A DNA stretch of 64,000 bases. Source: Balanoglossus misakiensis (Eukaryota; Animalia; Hemichordata). Of the stretch, positions 10,357 to 22,052 are shown piece by piece. The notes below the pieces were generated by a model that was not told where the DNA came from, did not search any database, and saw nothing but the letters and a program-made list of their open reading frames with translations. Location: assembly GCA_040954595.2 (NCBI GenBank), contig CM082597.2:8328343-8392342 (forward strand), read 5' to 3'. Numbering within the stretch: the first letter of the stretch is position 1; the number at the start of each line of letters is the position of its first letter. Made by a program: the position numbers and the translations under genes.

Positions 10357-12797
10357 GGTTCCAGTGAAAACACGAAAAATGCACGGGCAAAAATGGCTTC
10401 TGAAGGCTATATGAAAAGACAATACCGCAGAAGCCCTACACACTGACCCGTACACGTGTGGGAAAATCCGAAAAACAAACTTTGCAAGTGCCAAAATAAC
10501 ACTAGCAAGCAGTTTAGAAAATAAGTCGTTACTTATCTACTTCCCCAATCGAAAAACCTCAGGCGAAAAGCAGCAATGGTCGAAGGGCTGAGCACTTCTT
10601 GACAAAAATCCAACACCTCAAGAGAGAAGATGTCCGCTGTCTCAAGCTGAGATAATAATACTGAATATTCACGGCTGGACAGGTGGTATATATACTCGGT
10701 GAGTATGACGTAATCAGGGGAAAGTTTTTTATCTCAGCGGTCGTTAGAGGGCGAGATATATTAGGCTATAGGTTGGATCAAAGGTATGGTATTTATGCCA
10801 TAGAAATGGTTCTCAATATTTCCCTGAAGTTCGGAAAGACTAATCAAGAGAAAATTTCAAAGTCACCTTTACAGACCGGACAGCATGGTCCCTGAATGGG
10901 ATTTGCACACGTCACCAAAGGACTGGAACAGAAAAAAATACAGATCATATAAAGGGGATGCTTCAACATAACTTGTCAGTCAACTAAAATAATAAGCCAA
11001 ACGTTACAGATAGTAGACCTTTGATACAAAAATAAAATCTAAATATGAGACTAGAGCCGTAATTGATGAATTTAGTACCACATGAAATCAAGACATACTA
11101 GACATTGTGCCAAAAAAACAGCACAGCCGAACAGGGTAGCAGCCATGGTGACCTTTGTGGAACTGTTCACCAAATGGTAATGAATTCAACACAGTTTGAT
11201 CACTTCATGGGGATTCTCTTTCTGACCAGAGGAACAGTGACATGTGATCAGAAATTGACCAATCAGAATGCAATATTAAGTATAAATGTATCTCATGTGA
11301 TCAGAAATTGACCAATGCAGTCTGTCTGGTACTTACCAAACATTGACATTGTGAACATGTGTTGTTCGGATCAGTAAATATTTCACCGTCATTTGAAATA
11401 TAACCATTGTATAAACATTCTGTTGAAAAGAAATAATGAAAAACATTATCAGGGTAGAGGTCTTGGAATAAAAAAAATTACATTAAAAATTGCAATTAAA
11501 TATATGTTGGCACATTTCTTGCTACCTAATTAAACAATATTTTGTTTGTAAACTGTCTGTCTTTGGACTTTGCTGAATTCTTAGGGTCAGGATTAAATTT
11601 AACCATCAACAATAACAAGGCTGGGTATATGAAAGATAACGTTTGTTATTTTAATAGCTGAATGTAATTTTCTTTCAAATTTTACCGACCTGGAAATGGA
11701 TTTAAGTAAACATATCATTCCATGGTAGCACGAGTTTCTGCTTTACTACAAATTCATTCTCCCAATCCTGACTAGATTTGAGATGCAGATCATCCTTATG
11801 TAAATGAATGCTTCATCAATAAACTTGATGACACAAAAGATCTAACTACATGTGCGGTTACCTTGACAACTATGACAACAATGTCCAGGTTTGGGCAATG
11901 GATGTGTGCATTCATGTTTACATATCTGTTTGACACAAGTTACAATTCCTTCACTACAGGTACAGATTTCACATTCATCAACAGGACTGGTCCATGTAGA
12001 ATTGTGGTGATATTCTATATTGTTGAATACACAACCTATAGCACAAAAAGATTTGTTTGGAATCAATTATTCTTTGGAAATAATTACCAAGAGCTTTATA
12101 ATTTTGATTAAAACCCTACCACTACTGGGCGTCATACCCGTTTAGAGTGTCAGGGGCCTTTAAAATATATATGTGCCCTTTTTCTTCTTAAAGGTATTTT
12201 GACTGTCTTGGCATGGCTCTCTAACGTACTTAAACACACTTGGCAGTCTGAGCCCCCTGTAAAATGTATCAAATCGCACTGGTTTGCACTGTATTGGTCT
12301 GAGGATCTTGTATAGGCCGTACTGAGTAACACACACTTGGCAGTCTAACAGGTCTGGATGCCAAGATTATAGGCACCCTGTTAATCAAACCAGATTTAAC
12401 CGACATGCCAGTGTTAGCGTTAGAGTGGAAAGTTGACCAAAATTGCAACCATCATTATCTTCATACGACCAATCCTCTGAAATCAATAGGGCTGTATATC
12501 ACGGAGAAGTATCTGATGGATTCAATTACTAACCTTTACAATGTGGACAGCATTCACCCACAATTTGTTCTGTAGATTGGCATGGCAATACAGGGCACTG
12601 AGTACATGTGATAACATTATTCTGCAATACAACATGACAATTATGGAGAACAAATGAAGTCATTGTGAATAACAATGCATAATGGGATGCAGGTCTAATG
12701 TGTCTAAATAATTGATCCAGAAATCAATAAAAGACAATTTCACAGTTTTATATGTATAACTTCATGAATAATATTTTAAAGCACATTTTATTTTTCA

Positions 12798-13110
12798 TTA
12801 TATTATACCAGTATATTGATGGTGTAAATCACGCTATTTGATTGGTCGAGACACGACACATGACCGTGATATATTAGCCATATACCACAGTCATATATCA
12901 TAGTCAAAGAAAATGCCTTTTTAAAATGTTTTATGCAAAGTTTCAATATACTGACATAATATAATAGCAATAAAACACCCCCAGCCATGGTATACCACTC
13001 GATTTTGACCAGTTCAACTCCATATACGCACTCGCTATCGTTTGTGCGTATATGTCGTGAACTGGTCAAAATCTCGTGGTATACCATGGCTGGGGGCGTT
13101 TTATTGCTTA
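12798..13110. mobile_element. Non-autonomous hairpin element (Crypton-like), absent from the paralogous site
   Basis: Long subterminal hairpin 12966-13108 (agcaataaaacacccccagccatggtataccac...gtggtataccatggctgggggcgttttattgct) and no TIRs at the element ends. The layout recalls CryptonA-type non-autonomous elements (inference). Absent at 37385-37557. Confidence 0.6.
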
Positions 13111-14095
13111 AATACAACATGACAATTATGGAGACCAAATGAAGTCATTGTGAATAACAATGCATAATGGGATGCAGGTCTAATGTGTCTAAATAATTGA
13201 TCCAGAAATCAATAAAAGACAATTTCACAGTTTTATATGTATAACTTCATGAATAATATTTTAAAGCACATTTTATTTTTCAATACGATACATAATAAAA
13301 CCTTTATAGCTGAGATGCATTGTGGAACCTTTGGTAACACAGCAGAAAGGCGCTCATACAAGGGTAAGACTCTTCTCCTATACAACCTTTGGTCTCAAGT
13401 CAGTTCAGATCAACTACACAATATGTGAGCATATGATATACTGTAAAACACTTTATTTTCGCGGGTTGAAATCTTCGTGATATCGAGTAAGGCCACTGTT
13501 TTCAGAGTATTAATTTTTGTGTTCTCTTATTTCATTCACTGCATCGTTATCTTCAAAAATAATTTACGCGACTTTTTACTTTCACGCTATTTTGGCTCTC
13601 GCGTATTTCGCAAAAATTTATTGCTCGTGAAAATAATGTGTTTTACAGTATACACAATGTGTATGAGTAACATCAATTGCTCCTTACCTGACATGTACAA
13701 TTAGTACACTCATCAAGAATCCATGTATCACCAGATGAATATGTAAAATCATGTGGTTGAAAATAACACCCTGTAACAAACCAATTCAAACTTTCATTAT
13801 AGTCCAGTAATCTTTATGATGACTTTGAGTATAGTCCTATTGTAAGGTTATTTCATTGTCATTGTAGAAATGACTGTATCAACTGAGCAATATGCTTCAG
13901 TATTTGTCCTCGACGCTGCGCATCTCAGACAATACCTCCACTGCACTGTACGATGTACTCGGACATAAGTCCTGGTACTTTATGAATAACCTTATATTAT
14001 TTAGGACCATTTATTTCATTTGAATCAAACAGAGTCTAAACATAGCCATACAATATTAAGCATACATGTACATAAATGCCAAATGACATCAATAC

Positions 14096-14230
14096 CTTCT
14101 ATTGGTTGACATGTTATTCCATCTGTCCTCAACACAAAGCCATCCAGACATCGACACATAAATGAACCTCTTGAATTAATGCATTCTTGCTCACATACCT
14201 GTAAACCTTCTATATCACATTCATTGATGT
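14096..14230 (-). CDS. Calcium-binding EGF-domain exon (paralog 38374-38508)
   Basis: DINEC...CEQECINSRGSFMCRCLDGFVLRTDGITC matches the cbEGF consensus; phase 1-1 exon. Confidence 0.85.
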
Positions 14231-16326
14231 CTGAAATACAACACAAATCAAAGTTACTTGCATGAAGCCAGAAGATACAAATTATACTTTTGAAGCAGTT
14301 TCGTTTCCCTGTTTTTTTCAAGACTTTTGATTAAACAAGCCTTTGTAACAAGTTTTTGTAGACTATGCAGTCGTTTTAAAGGTATACAGTCACCTCCAAT
14401 TTACATACGCCCATACAATCATTTCATTCAATGCTTCAAGATGACAAAAAATACAAAATGTTGACATCATGAACATTCATAACAATCCCGTGGTCACTGT
14501 GTTTGTTAGTGCAACCTCGGCTACTTGTACTTCATTTAAAATAACATATGACACAGTAATAGGGTGCACTATGCACACAACAGGCACAGCTGTACTGTGC
14601 AGAGAGTCTAAGATGTTTGATGTAAATAACACATCAGCTGGTAACCATGATTAATCGTTGATCAAAAGTTCCTCACTGATTTGCTAGAAGGACAGAAACT
14701 TTGCAAAGGACTTATCAAATCTGCTGGGAAGTTGACATCACAAGTCGCCAACAACAAAAACAAAACTTACCCTCATCACACAAATCACCCGTGTAACCAG
14801 CAAAGCATTCACATTCTCCACCATTGCAGATACCATTTTCACATAAACACACACCTGAGAAGGACAATAAACACATAAACAAAGTAAAATAAACAACAGA
14901 ATGCGATGATCATAATGATCATGGTGATATACAATCAAGGTGGTGTCATTTTTTTTCTATCGATAACCAAAGGCCTTACCCCTTGAAACTGATTTTTCAA
15001 AGATCTTCATAAATGCTCGCATGTCATGCGACCATTGTACACTGTATACGATCAGATTCCCCTACATCTAAAAATATACACTTTTTAGAGTTTTTGTATA
15101 GTTGTTCAACGTCCTTTTAGAGTTACATGTGCCAAGATAATTTGCATAAATTCTCAGGTACTTTGCATATTCTAACTCTATGAACACATTTCCTGCTACA
15201 TTGACTTTCTCACTTTGCATAAAGTGTGATATTTACATTTGGAGCAGTCATCTCCACTGAAGCCCTCCTGACAGTTGCAGTATCCTTGGAAACATATTCC
15301 ATCATTCTTGCAGTCTGGGATGCAAGGAATCTCTGTAAAAACAATCAAAACACATTCAAAAGATGTCTGATGAAATCATACTTTATCAGGTAATACTTAA
15401 TTCTCCACATACAAATATCACAGAATCAGAATATTTGATATTTTGATACACAATATCATTATTCTATAGCACCATTTACTGTAAAATAACCAGTTAACAA
15501 AATGCATCATGGGCAAAATGTTGACTTAACATTGTCATTAGCATTAGAGTTTTGAACAGCGATCCATCACATGTTTCAAGTGACATTTCAATGGTCAAAA
15601 CTTTGTTGTTGCAATATGCATACACAACTTATGAAAGTTTTCACCTTTTTGATGGCAAGACCAAAACATTCAAAGTCCCAGTTGCTCTAACTTTTAGCTA
15701 TTTTTTTCACAGTATTTACAACTTGCATCATAGGGAGTTTGTTTTGATGCCCTACCCACTGTTTCACACAATACCTGTGTATCTGTGTCATTCTGTAAAA
15801 CACTTTATTTTCGCGAGTCAAAATTTTCACGATATCGAGAGAGGCCACTGTTTCACGAGTATTAATTTTCGTGTTTCATTTCATTCACTGCATTGTTATC
15901 TTCAAAACAATTTACGCGACTTTTTATTTTCACGCTATTTTGGCTCTCGCGTATTTCGCGTAAATTTATTGCTCGCGAAAATAAAGTGTTTTACAGTAGT
16001 TAAGAAGTATACAATGTATGCAAATTTAGCCACAGTTACCATGGAAAGTTGAGACATGGCCAATCAGAGATTTTGCCTACACACTTTTTACCACTTTAGG
16101 GTATATTTCACACCACTTCTGTACCTTGCATTGTTGACGAATTATTGTTTTCAAACTTCATTACAACAATGTGCTCGCCGCCATGAATGTGCACCTTTAA
16201 CCCTTTCACCACATGGTTTGATCCAAAGCCACTGTTTCCTATGACAAAGATGGACCTCAATACAGGGATACAGGGGTGAGAGGGTTTAAACATCTGGCAA
16301 ATATAGTCTAGTAAATATAGGGCTAG

Positions 16327-16924
16327 ACCCACCACAAATTGCAACAGAATTTTTTTCTTCAGAATATACTTTGGAGAGGTGTCTAGAACAACATATTAAA
16401 AATGCACCCGAATCCACCTTGTGGAAATATGTCTAATTTGCATAAATTTAATATTAGAGATTTTGGGGCCAAATATCTAGAAATAAACGCTTTTTTCCAT
16501 GATTTTAAAGTTTAAAAACTATTTCATGTTCATGACAAAACATTTAGGAATACTGTCTGCCATATGTCATAGAGGTAGTTTTGAATAAAAAAAACACTAG
16601 AATTGCTTGCGTATTACCTGATATACTGCCCAAATATGTTTTTTTAGGAATAGTGTTCACCATATTGAATTTATGCAAATTATGAAAACTGCCCATGTCA
16701 AATATCATTCCAAAATGGCTTTTCATGCACATGAAATATTTTTAAACTTTAAAATCATGGAAAAATCATGTTTATTTCTTGATATTTGGCCCAAAAATTA
16801 TTAAATTTATGCAAATTAGACATATTTCCACAAGGTGGATTCGGGTGCATTTTTGATATGTTGTTCTAGACACCTCTCCGAAATATATTCTGAAAAAAAA
16901 ATTCTGTTGCAATTTGTGGTGGGT
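16327..16924. mobile_element. ~600-bp foldback element with ~190-bp imperfect TIRs (paralog 40595-41191)
   Basis: acccaccacaaattgcaacagaattttttt... is inverted at ...aaaattctgttgcaatttgtggtgggt; no clear TSD. Confidence 0.8.
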
Positions 16925-16994
16925 TACATGTAGGTGCCCAAATCTCGTAGATTTACTAGACTAATAGGTGATCGTAATATTGATTTGTACTCAC

Positions 16995-17171
16995 CTCAGG
17001 ACGATTTCTCCAGTCCAGCACAATCCCCTTCCTCCTGGCTTCATAGGCATAGGCAAACAATACATCACATAGACACTTTTCATGCACAGGACATGCACAC
17101 ATATCAGACAAACACAATTCATAGAACGGAGCTGGGTTTACTACACCATGGGCTGGCCGAAATAATGGCCC
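16995..17171 (-). CDS. C8-domain exon (paralog 41256-41432)
   Basis: GPLFRPAHGVVNPAPFYELCLSDMCACPVHEKCLCDVLFAYAYEARRKGIVLDWR. The DMCxCPVHxxCxC pattern resembles the BMPER/crossveinless-2 C8 region (recalled, not searched). Confidence 0.8.
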
Positions 17172-18352
17172 CTGTGTAAAACCAAAAAAAAAATAACAAC
17201 GGATCATTTACAATGAGAAACTGTTTAAAGGTATACGGTCACCTATGGAAAGTTAGCAATAGTTACCATGGTAAATTGAGAATTAGCCAATCACACATTT
17301 TCAGTGGGTGGCACACGCGAAAAAAAGAGCGCCACCATATGTTCTCAAATATGCCATTTCGCGATATTGAGAGAGGCCACTGTTTAGCGAGTATTAATTT
17401 TCGCGTTCTCTTATTTCATTCACTGCATTGTTATCTTCAAAAAAAAAATATGCAACTTTTTATTTTCATGCTATTTTAGCTCTCGTGTATTTCGCGAACA
17501 TTTATTGCTCGCAAATATAAAGTGTTTTACAGTAGTATTACTAATACATATACACTGTTTTTACTCTAAAATGCTCAAAGTAGAAAAATAGGCATGAGGA
17601 AAAGAGAGACAGCAAGACAGATGTTTGAAGTCTCTTAATTTTCCAGAATTGTCGTGTTTCCTGCAGTGACTTTCCAGGGAATTTCAGAGTTTGGATTGAA
17701 AATTGATAATACTATTGCTAATGTTTCAGGAGTTAACACTGTACGAATCCTGATGCGTATATTGAAGACAGACTCTCACATTGTACAACCAAATGACATA
17801 CATGAAATCATCACCAGGATTATCAGTGAAGTTGCCACACAGACCACAGAGTCTCCCTTTGTATGTACCATCTGCGGTGACCTCTCCAAAATGGGAGCCA
17901 TCCCACGACACGCGAATACCAATACTTGTATGCACAACCACCATCAACCCTGTCATGTTACGATGTAAAACAAGTATGTTGATATAAATCAGGTTATATG
18001 TCCATTAAAGCCCTTATAGCTGCCAAATTTCACATATTTTTTCGACACTAAAATACTTCAAATATGTTCCCTGAGCAGAGCTGGTGTAAGAATTAACACC
18101 TCTCCGCAACCCACTGTCTATGGGGCCGAGCCTCAGCGCCTATACATAAACTTTGTGTGTGTGGACCAAAGCGACTGAAAGGATTAATGCTCTGTGTTTA
18201 CCATAGGCAAATAGTGTCTCAATTTTTTCCCTGTCTGAACCTGGTATATGTCAGCCCTTTGAATGTGGTCACATGTTTTAAGTTGGCTAAACAATGCAGA
18301 CATATCTAGGTATAAAAAGGGTTAAGTTCGACCTAAAATTTGATTGACTTAC

Positions 18353-18649
18353 CTATTTTTTGTATTCTTAGATCTGGTTCCTGCAAGTAAGGTAATTCTA
18401 CCAGGCCTCCATTGACACTTACTGTCAAATCTGGCATTAGGTTGATCACCCAATCAACTAGTCTGATCTGAATGACTTGTGTCCAGTCAACAGCAAAGGT
18501 ACTCTTGCCATCATTCTGAACTATAATCTTAAAGTTATTCTGATAACAATCTTGTGATAAGACATAGGTACATGTCCCTTGGAAGGAGAAGAATTTCCCA
18601 TCATATGTCCGGTAATGAGGATCTCCAAATACAATACACGAGGCAGATT
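18353..18649 (-). CDS. VWD-domain exon with GDPH motif (paralog 43219-43515)
   Basis: SASCIVFGDPHYRTYDGKFFSFQGTCTYVLSQDC, the classic VWD start as in BMPER/KCP/mucins; phase 1-1 exon with canonical AG/GT. Confidence 0.88.
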
Positions 18650-19504
18650 CTGTAAAAAGACGGAATGCAGAAAGACTTAAAGGCATACGCCCATATATGG
18701 CTGAAATGGGTATTTGAGCATTCTATAGAACACATGGTGGCACTCTTTTTTACGCGTGTGCCACCCACTGAAAATCTGTGATTGGTAGCTAGTCCTCAAT
18801 TTGCCATGGTAACTATTGCTGATTTTCCATAGATGACTGTATACCTTTGAGAGTGTCTACCGAAGAATGTTGCTATGGTAGCAGCATTGTAACAACAGAC
18901 GTCAAATGTTACCAAAAAATTTGTAAACAAATGATATTCAAAGAATGCTTATTATTTACGTAACACATTCTGGACAGTTTTGAGGTCCCAGAATCACATT
19001 CTGTGTCTCAATTTGACTACTCTTTCTGATTGCTCACATTTGATGGTTTGAAGGACTTCCAAAGGCAATCTGGCTGGCGTTGTTTCACATAACAATTTCT
19101 TATATCTCTTGAATTTTGTAAACAAGTCCAAATCCTTAGACTGTTGCTCCCATTTGAAATCTAGTTTTATCGACTTTGGTAACATTTCCTGGGTTTATGA
19201 CACATTATGATCACATTATGTCTAAACATGGTATAGTATGCACCCAGACATAAGTGACACACGTCAGCCTCCACTATGTTTTCGTGTAAACTTGGCTGTC
19301 AGTTTTTAATAACCTCATAATATATTGATAATTAGACTCACTTGGAACACATTTCTGGCAGCATTCACCATCAATATGGCCGATCTCTTCTTCCTGGAAA
19401 TATAAACAACAAATGAATTATTACCACAGTAAATACAAATTGTATATCCACTGAGAAGACACACAATAAAACATCTATAGCACAGTGTCTTCAAAATTTT
19501 AATA

Positions 19505-19589
19505 CAGAGAAACCTGTCTATTAAAGACACCTTCAGGAACAGAAAGACTGTCCTTATTGCAGAGGTGTCCTTAATGACAGATTTCACTG
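19505..19589. mobile_element. 85-bp TA-flanked mariner/pogo-type MITE (paralog 44371-44455)
   Basis: ta|cagagaaacctgtctattaaagacacct...aggtgtccttaatgacagatttcactg|ta. Confidence 0.6.
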
Positions 19590-20274
19590 TAATTGTATAG
19601 AAAAAAATTGAAATGGGTAAAATGTAAGTGAATGGAACATCCCTCTTCCATAATACTGAACCTTATAAACGAATGTGCCGCTATTTAGAATTAACATATA
19701 ACAAATTTATCATTTCTGTTCAAAACAGTGATTGTGAATTGATCAATTTCTGATGGACACTTGAAGGAAGTACATTTATTTCAGATGCTAAACAATTGAG
19801 AATGTTGTTTGGTTTGTTTGGTTTGATTACTACAAAAGGGCTGTCTTGAAAATCCAAATAATGAGAACTAATACAAAAGGGCTTTCTTGAAAAAAAAACA
19901 AATGATGAGAATTCTTTAATATGTTTTATGGAGTTGACCAAGAAACCTCAGTTGATACCCAAAACAAAAATATTCAGAAAACAGCACAAAGTTAGAGTTA
20001 CTTGTCCTTTAAAACTATTGCTCTCAGGCCCATAAAGTAAAACAAAGCAAAACTGTAGTCTGACCATACACTATTGAATTCATGACTGATAAACTTACCG
20101 CTGAGCAAGTCAAAGGTTGACAGACTTCTTGAACGCAGCTCTCTTTACCATTGAAGCAATCACAGATGACGCACCCCACATGCCAAGTTTCACCAGACTG
20201 AAAAGTGAAAGTTCAAATTTTGCTGGAAACACGGTATGCAGATCGTGTGTGTATAATTGGTCTGTCATAATTAA

Positions 20275-20573
20275 CCCTAATGCTACTGGGTGTCATACCT
20301 GTTCAGAGTCTCAAGTCCCTTAAATAAAATACGTATTTGCCATTTTATCTTCTATGGTATAATGTATTTTGACTGTCTTAACATGGCTCTCATACGTACC
20401 TAGACACACTTGGCAGTCTGAACCTCCCAGAAAATGAACCAGATTGCACTGGTTTGTACTGTATTGGTCTGAGGGTCTTGGATAGGCCCTACTGATTAAC
20501 ACGCACTTGGCAGTCTAACAGGCCTGGGAGCCAGGATTCTAGGCACCTTTCAACTGACTTGGCAGCGTTATTG
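20275..20573. mobile_element. Degenerate piggyBac-like MITE (related copies ~12114-12428 and ~45141-45437)
   Basis: ttaa|ccctaatgctactggg ... ttaa; shared internal motif cacacttggcagtct in all three copies. Confidence 0.5.
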
Positions 20574-22052
20574 TTAATTTACATTTCATTATACATTTGC
20601 TGTGCTACACTTATGGCCATTCTCTTTACCTCTCTCGTATTTCCACTTGGTTTTTTGCAGATTACTTGCATGATAATGCGTACCAAACAAATAAAAAGAG
20701 GTGTATGCCACTTGGTGCAAAGACTGGCATAAATTGCTGGTGAGCTAACACCAATGGCACAGCTCATCTTGCATTGTGAAGTCTCACCAGAATCCATTTT
20801 TTTCAGAAAATTTATCATATATCTTAGAAATTAAATTGTTACCTGATATCTCCTGCCTTTGTACATACAATAAGATTCCACAGTACATTTTGGACAGCAA
20901 CTGCCATGTGGTAAAATCTGGTTTTCTAGATCACAGTTGATTTGTTCACAATTGGGTCTTTCACAGGTTACCTCTCCATCCTTAACAGAAATTCAGAAAA
21001 CATTTTATGACATAAAACAGGTCGACGGAGAGGATGAAATGTTTTCAATAATCTGTACAGTGAATATACAGGTAAAATAGCAAAATTATTCAACAAGTTA
21101 TACAAGTTATGTGAAAATGTTGCATCAAACTTCTATAGGGAAAATGTGCCATTCAAAGTGTTTGCTTGCAGGTACTAAACCAATTTCAGAATTTTCGATA
21201 CATTTTCAGAATTTCTTTTAAATCTTAGGTTTTCTTCAACAGACATATTAGTGTTTACATCAACTTGATGTTTTCAAAAAGAGAAAGTATTATTTTTGAA
21301 ATGTGGAATTACTGTAAAACATGTTATTTTCGTGAGCAATAAATTTTTCGCGAAATACGCGAGAACCAAAATAGCGTGAAAATAAAAAGTCGCATAAATT
21401 TTTTTCGAAGATAATGATGCAGTGAATGAAATAAGAGAACGCGAAAATTAATACTAGCGAAACAGTGGCCTCTCTCGATATCGCGAAAATTTCAACTCGC
21501 AAAAATAAAGTGTTTTACAGTAGTTTGGAACACGGTTATAATAATAAACTACACGCAAAAAACATTAGAGGTTCACCAGAAGACGAAGTGTTAGATCAGA
21601 AACTTACCAGACATGTGCAAAGGCTGCAAGGATCAGCCAATGGAACAAACTGTTCACCAGTTTTGTAAATCTGATTCTCAAAGCTACATTCCAAAGGACC
21701 TGTAAATGGAACATGACAACTGGTGGTATTATCTAGAGGAAGTGGAAAGTCACTGACTTCTGAAATGTTCTGAATACTAGTACTCTCTTAAAGGCAATAG
21801 ATCGTCTCACGCGCATGTGTGTAACTTCCCAGCAAATTTTCCGTTCGATTCATTCAAATAGTGGACTGCCTTCGCTTCCTTCCATATTTCATGCGCACCG
21901 TATAAGTAGATTCTGGTTTTGTCCCTCCTTTTTACCCAAGCTGGTGTCTTCTCACGATCTCCGACATAGATTATGGTCGCCGCCATCTTGTCTGTTGTTA
22001 GGACAGAGCACTGCCTTATGGGATTGACTGTTCACTAAATGTCTGTAACCAG

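Larger units (their letters stand above)
5162..10806 (-). mobile_element. Full-length DIRS1-type tyrosine-recombinase retrotransposon
   Basis: Three overlapping ORFs (gag-like, RT/RH/MT, YR). 130-bp inverted terminal repeats 5200-5329 / 10657-10786 with 1 mismatch. Internal complementary region 5454-5552 matches both element ends. Starts TTTCT on the coding strand. Confidence 0.95.
1589..16238 (-). pseudogene. Tandem copy 1 (5' part) of EGF/VWC/VWD kielin-chordin-like (KCP/BMPER-family) gene
   Basis: AG/GT-bounded exons read on the minus strand: 16125-16238 (uncertain), 15237-15332 (EGF, IPCIPDCKNDGICFQGYCNCQEGFSGDDCSK), 14771-14854 (EGF), 14096-14230 (cbEGF, DINECDIEGLQVCEQECINSRGSFMCRC), and VWC exons 13688-13770, 12534-12621, 11862-12035, 11337-11419, 10867-10922 (truncated), 2975-3060, 2262-2456, 1589-1765. 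There is an in-frame TAG at 1733-1735 where the paralogous exon 31302-31478 has GAG. Confidence 0.8.

Noticed and set aside
16125-16238. TIL domain expected after C8
   Set aside because: No frame gives the TIL cysteine pattern; kept only as an uncertain exon.
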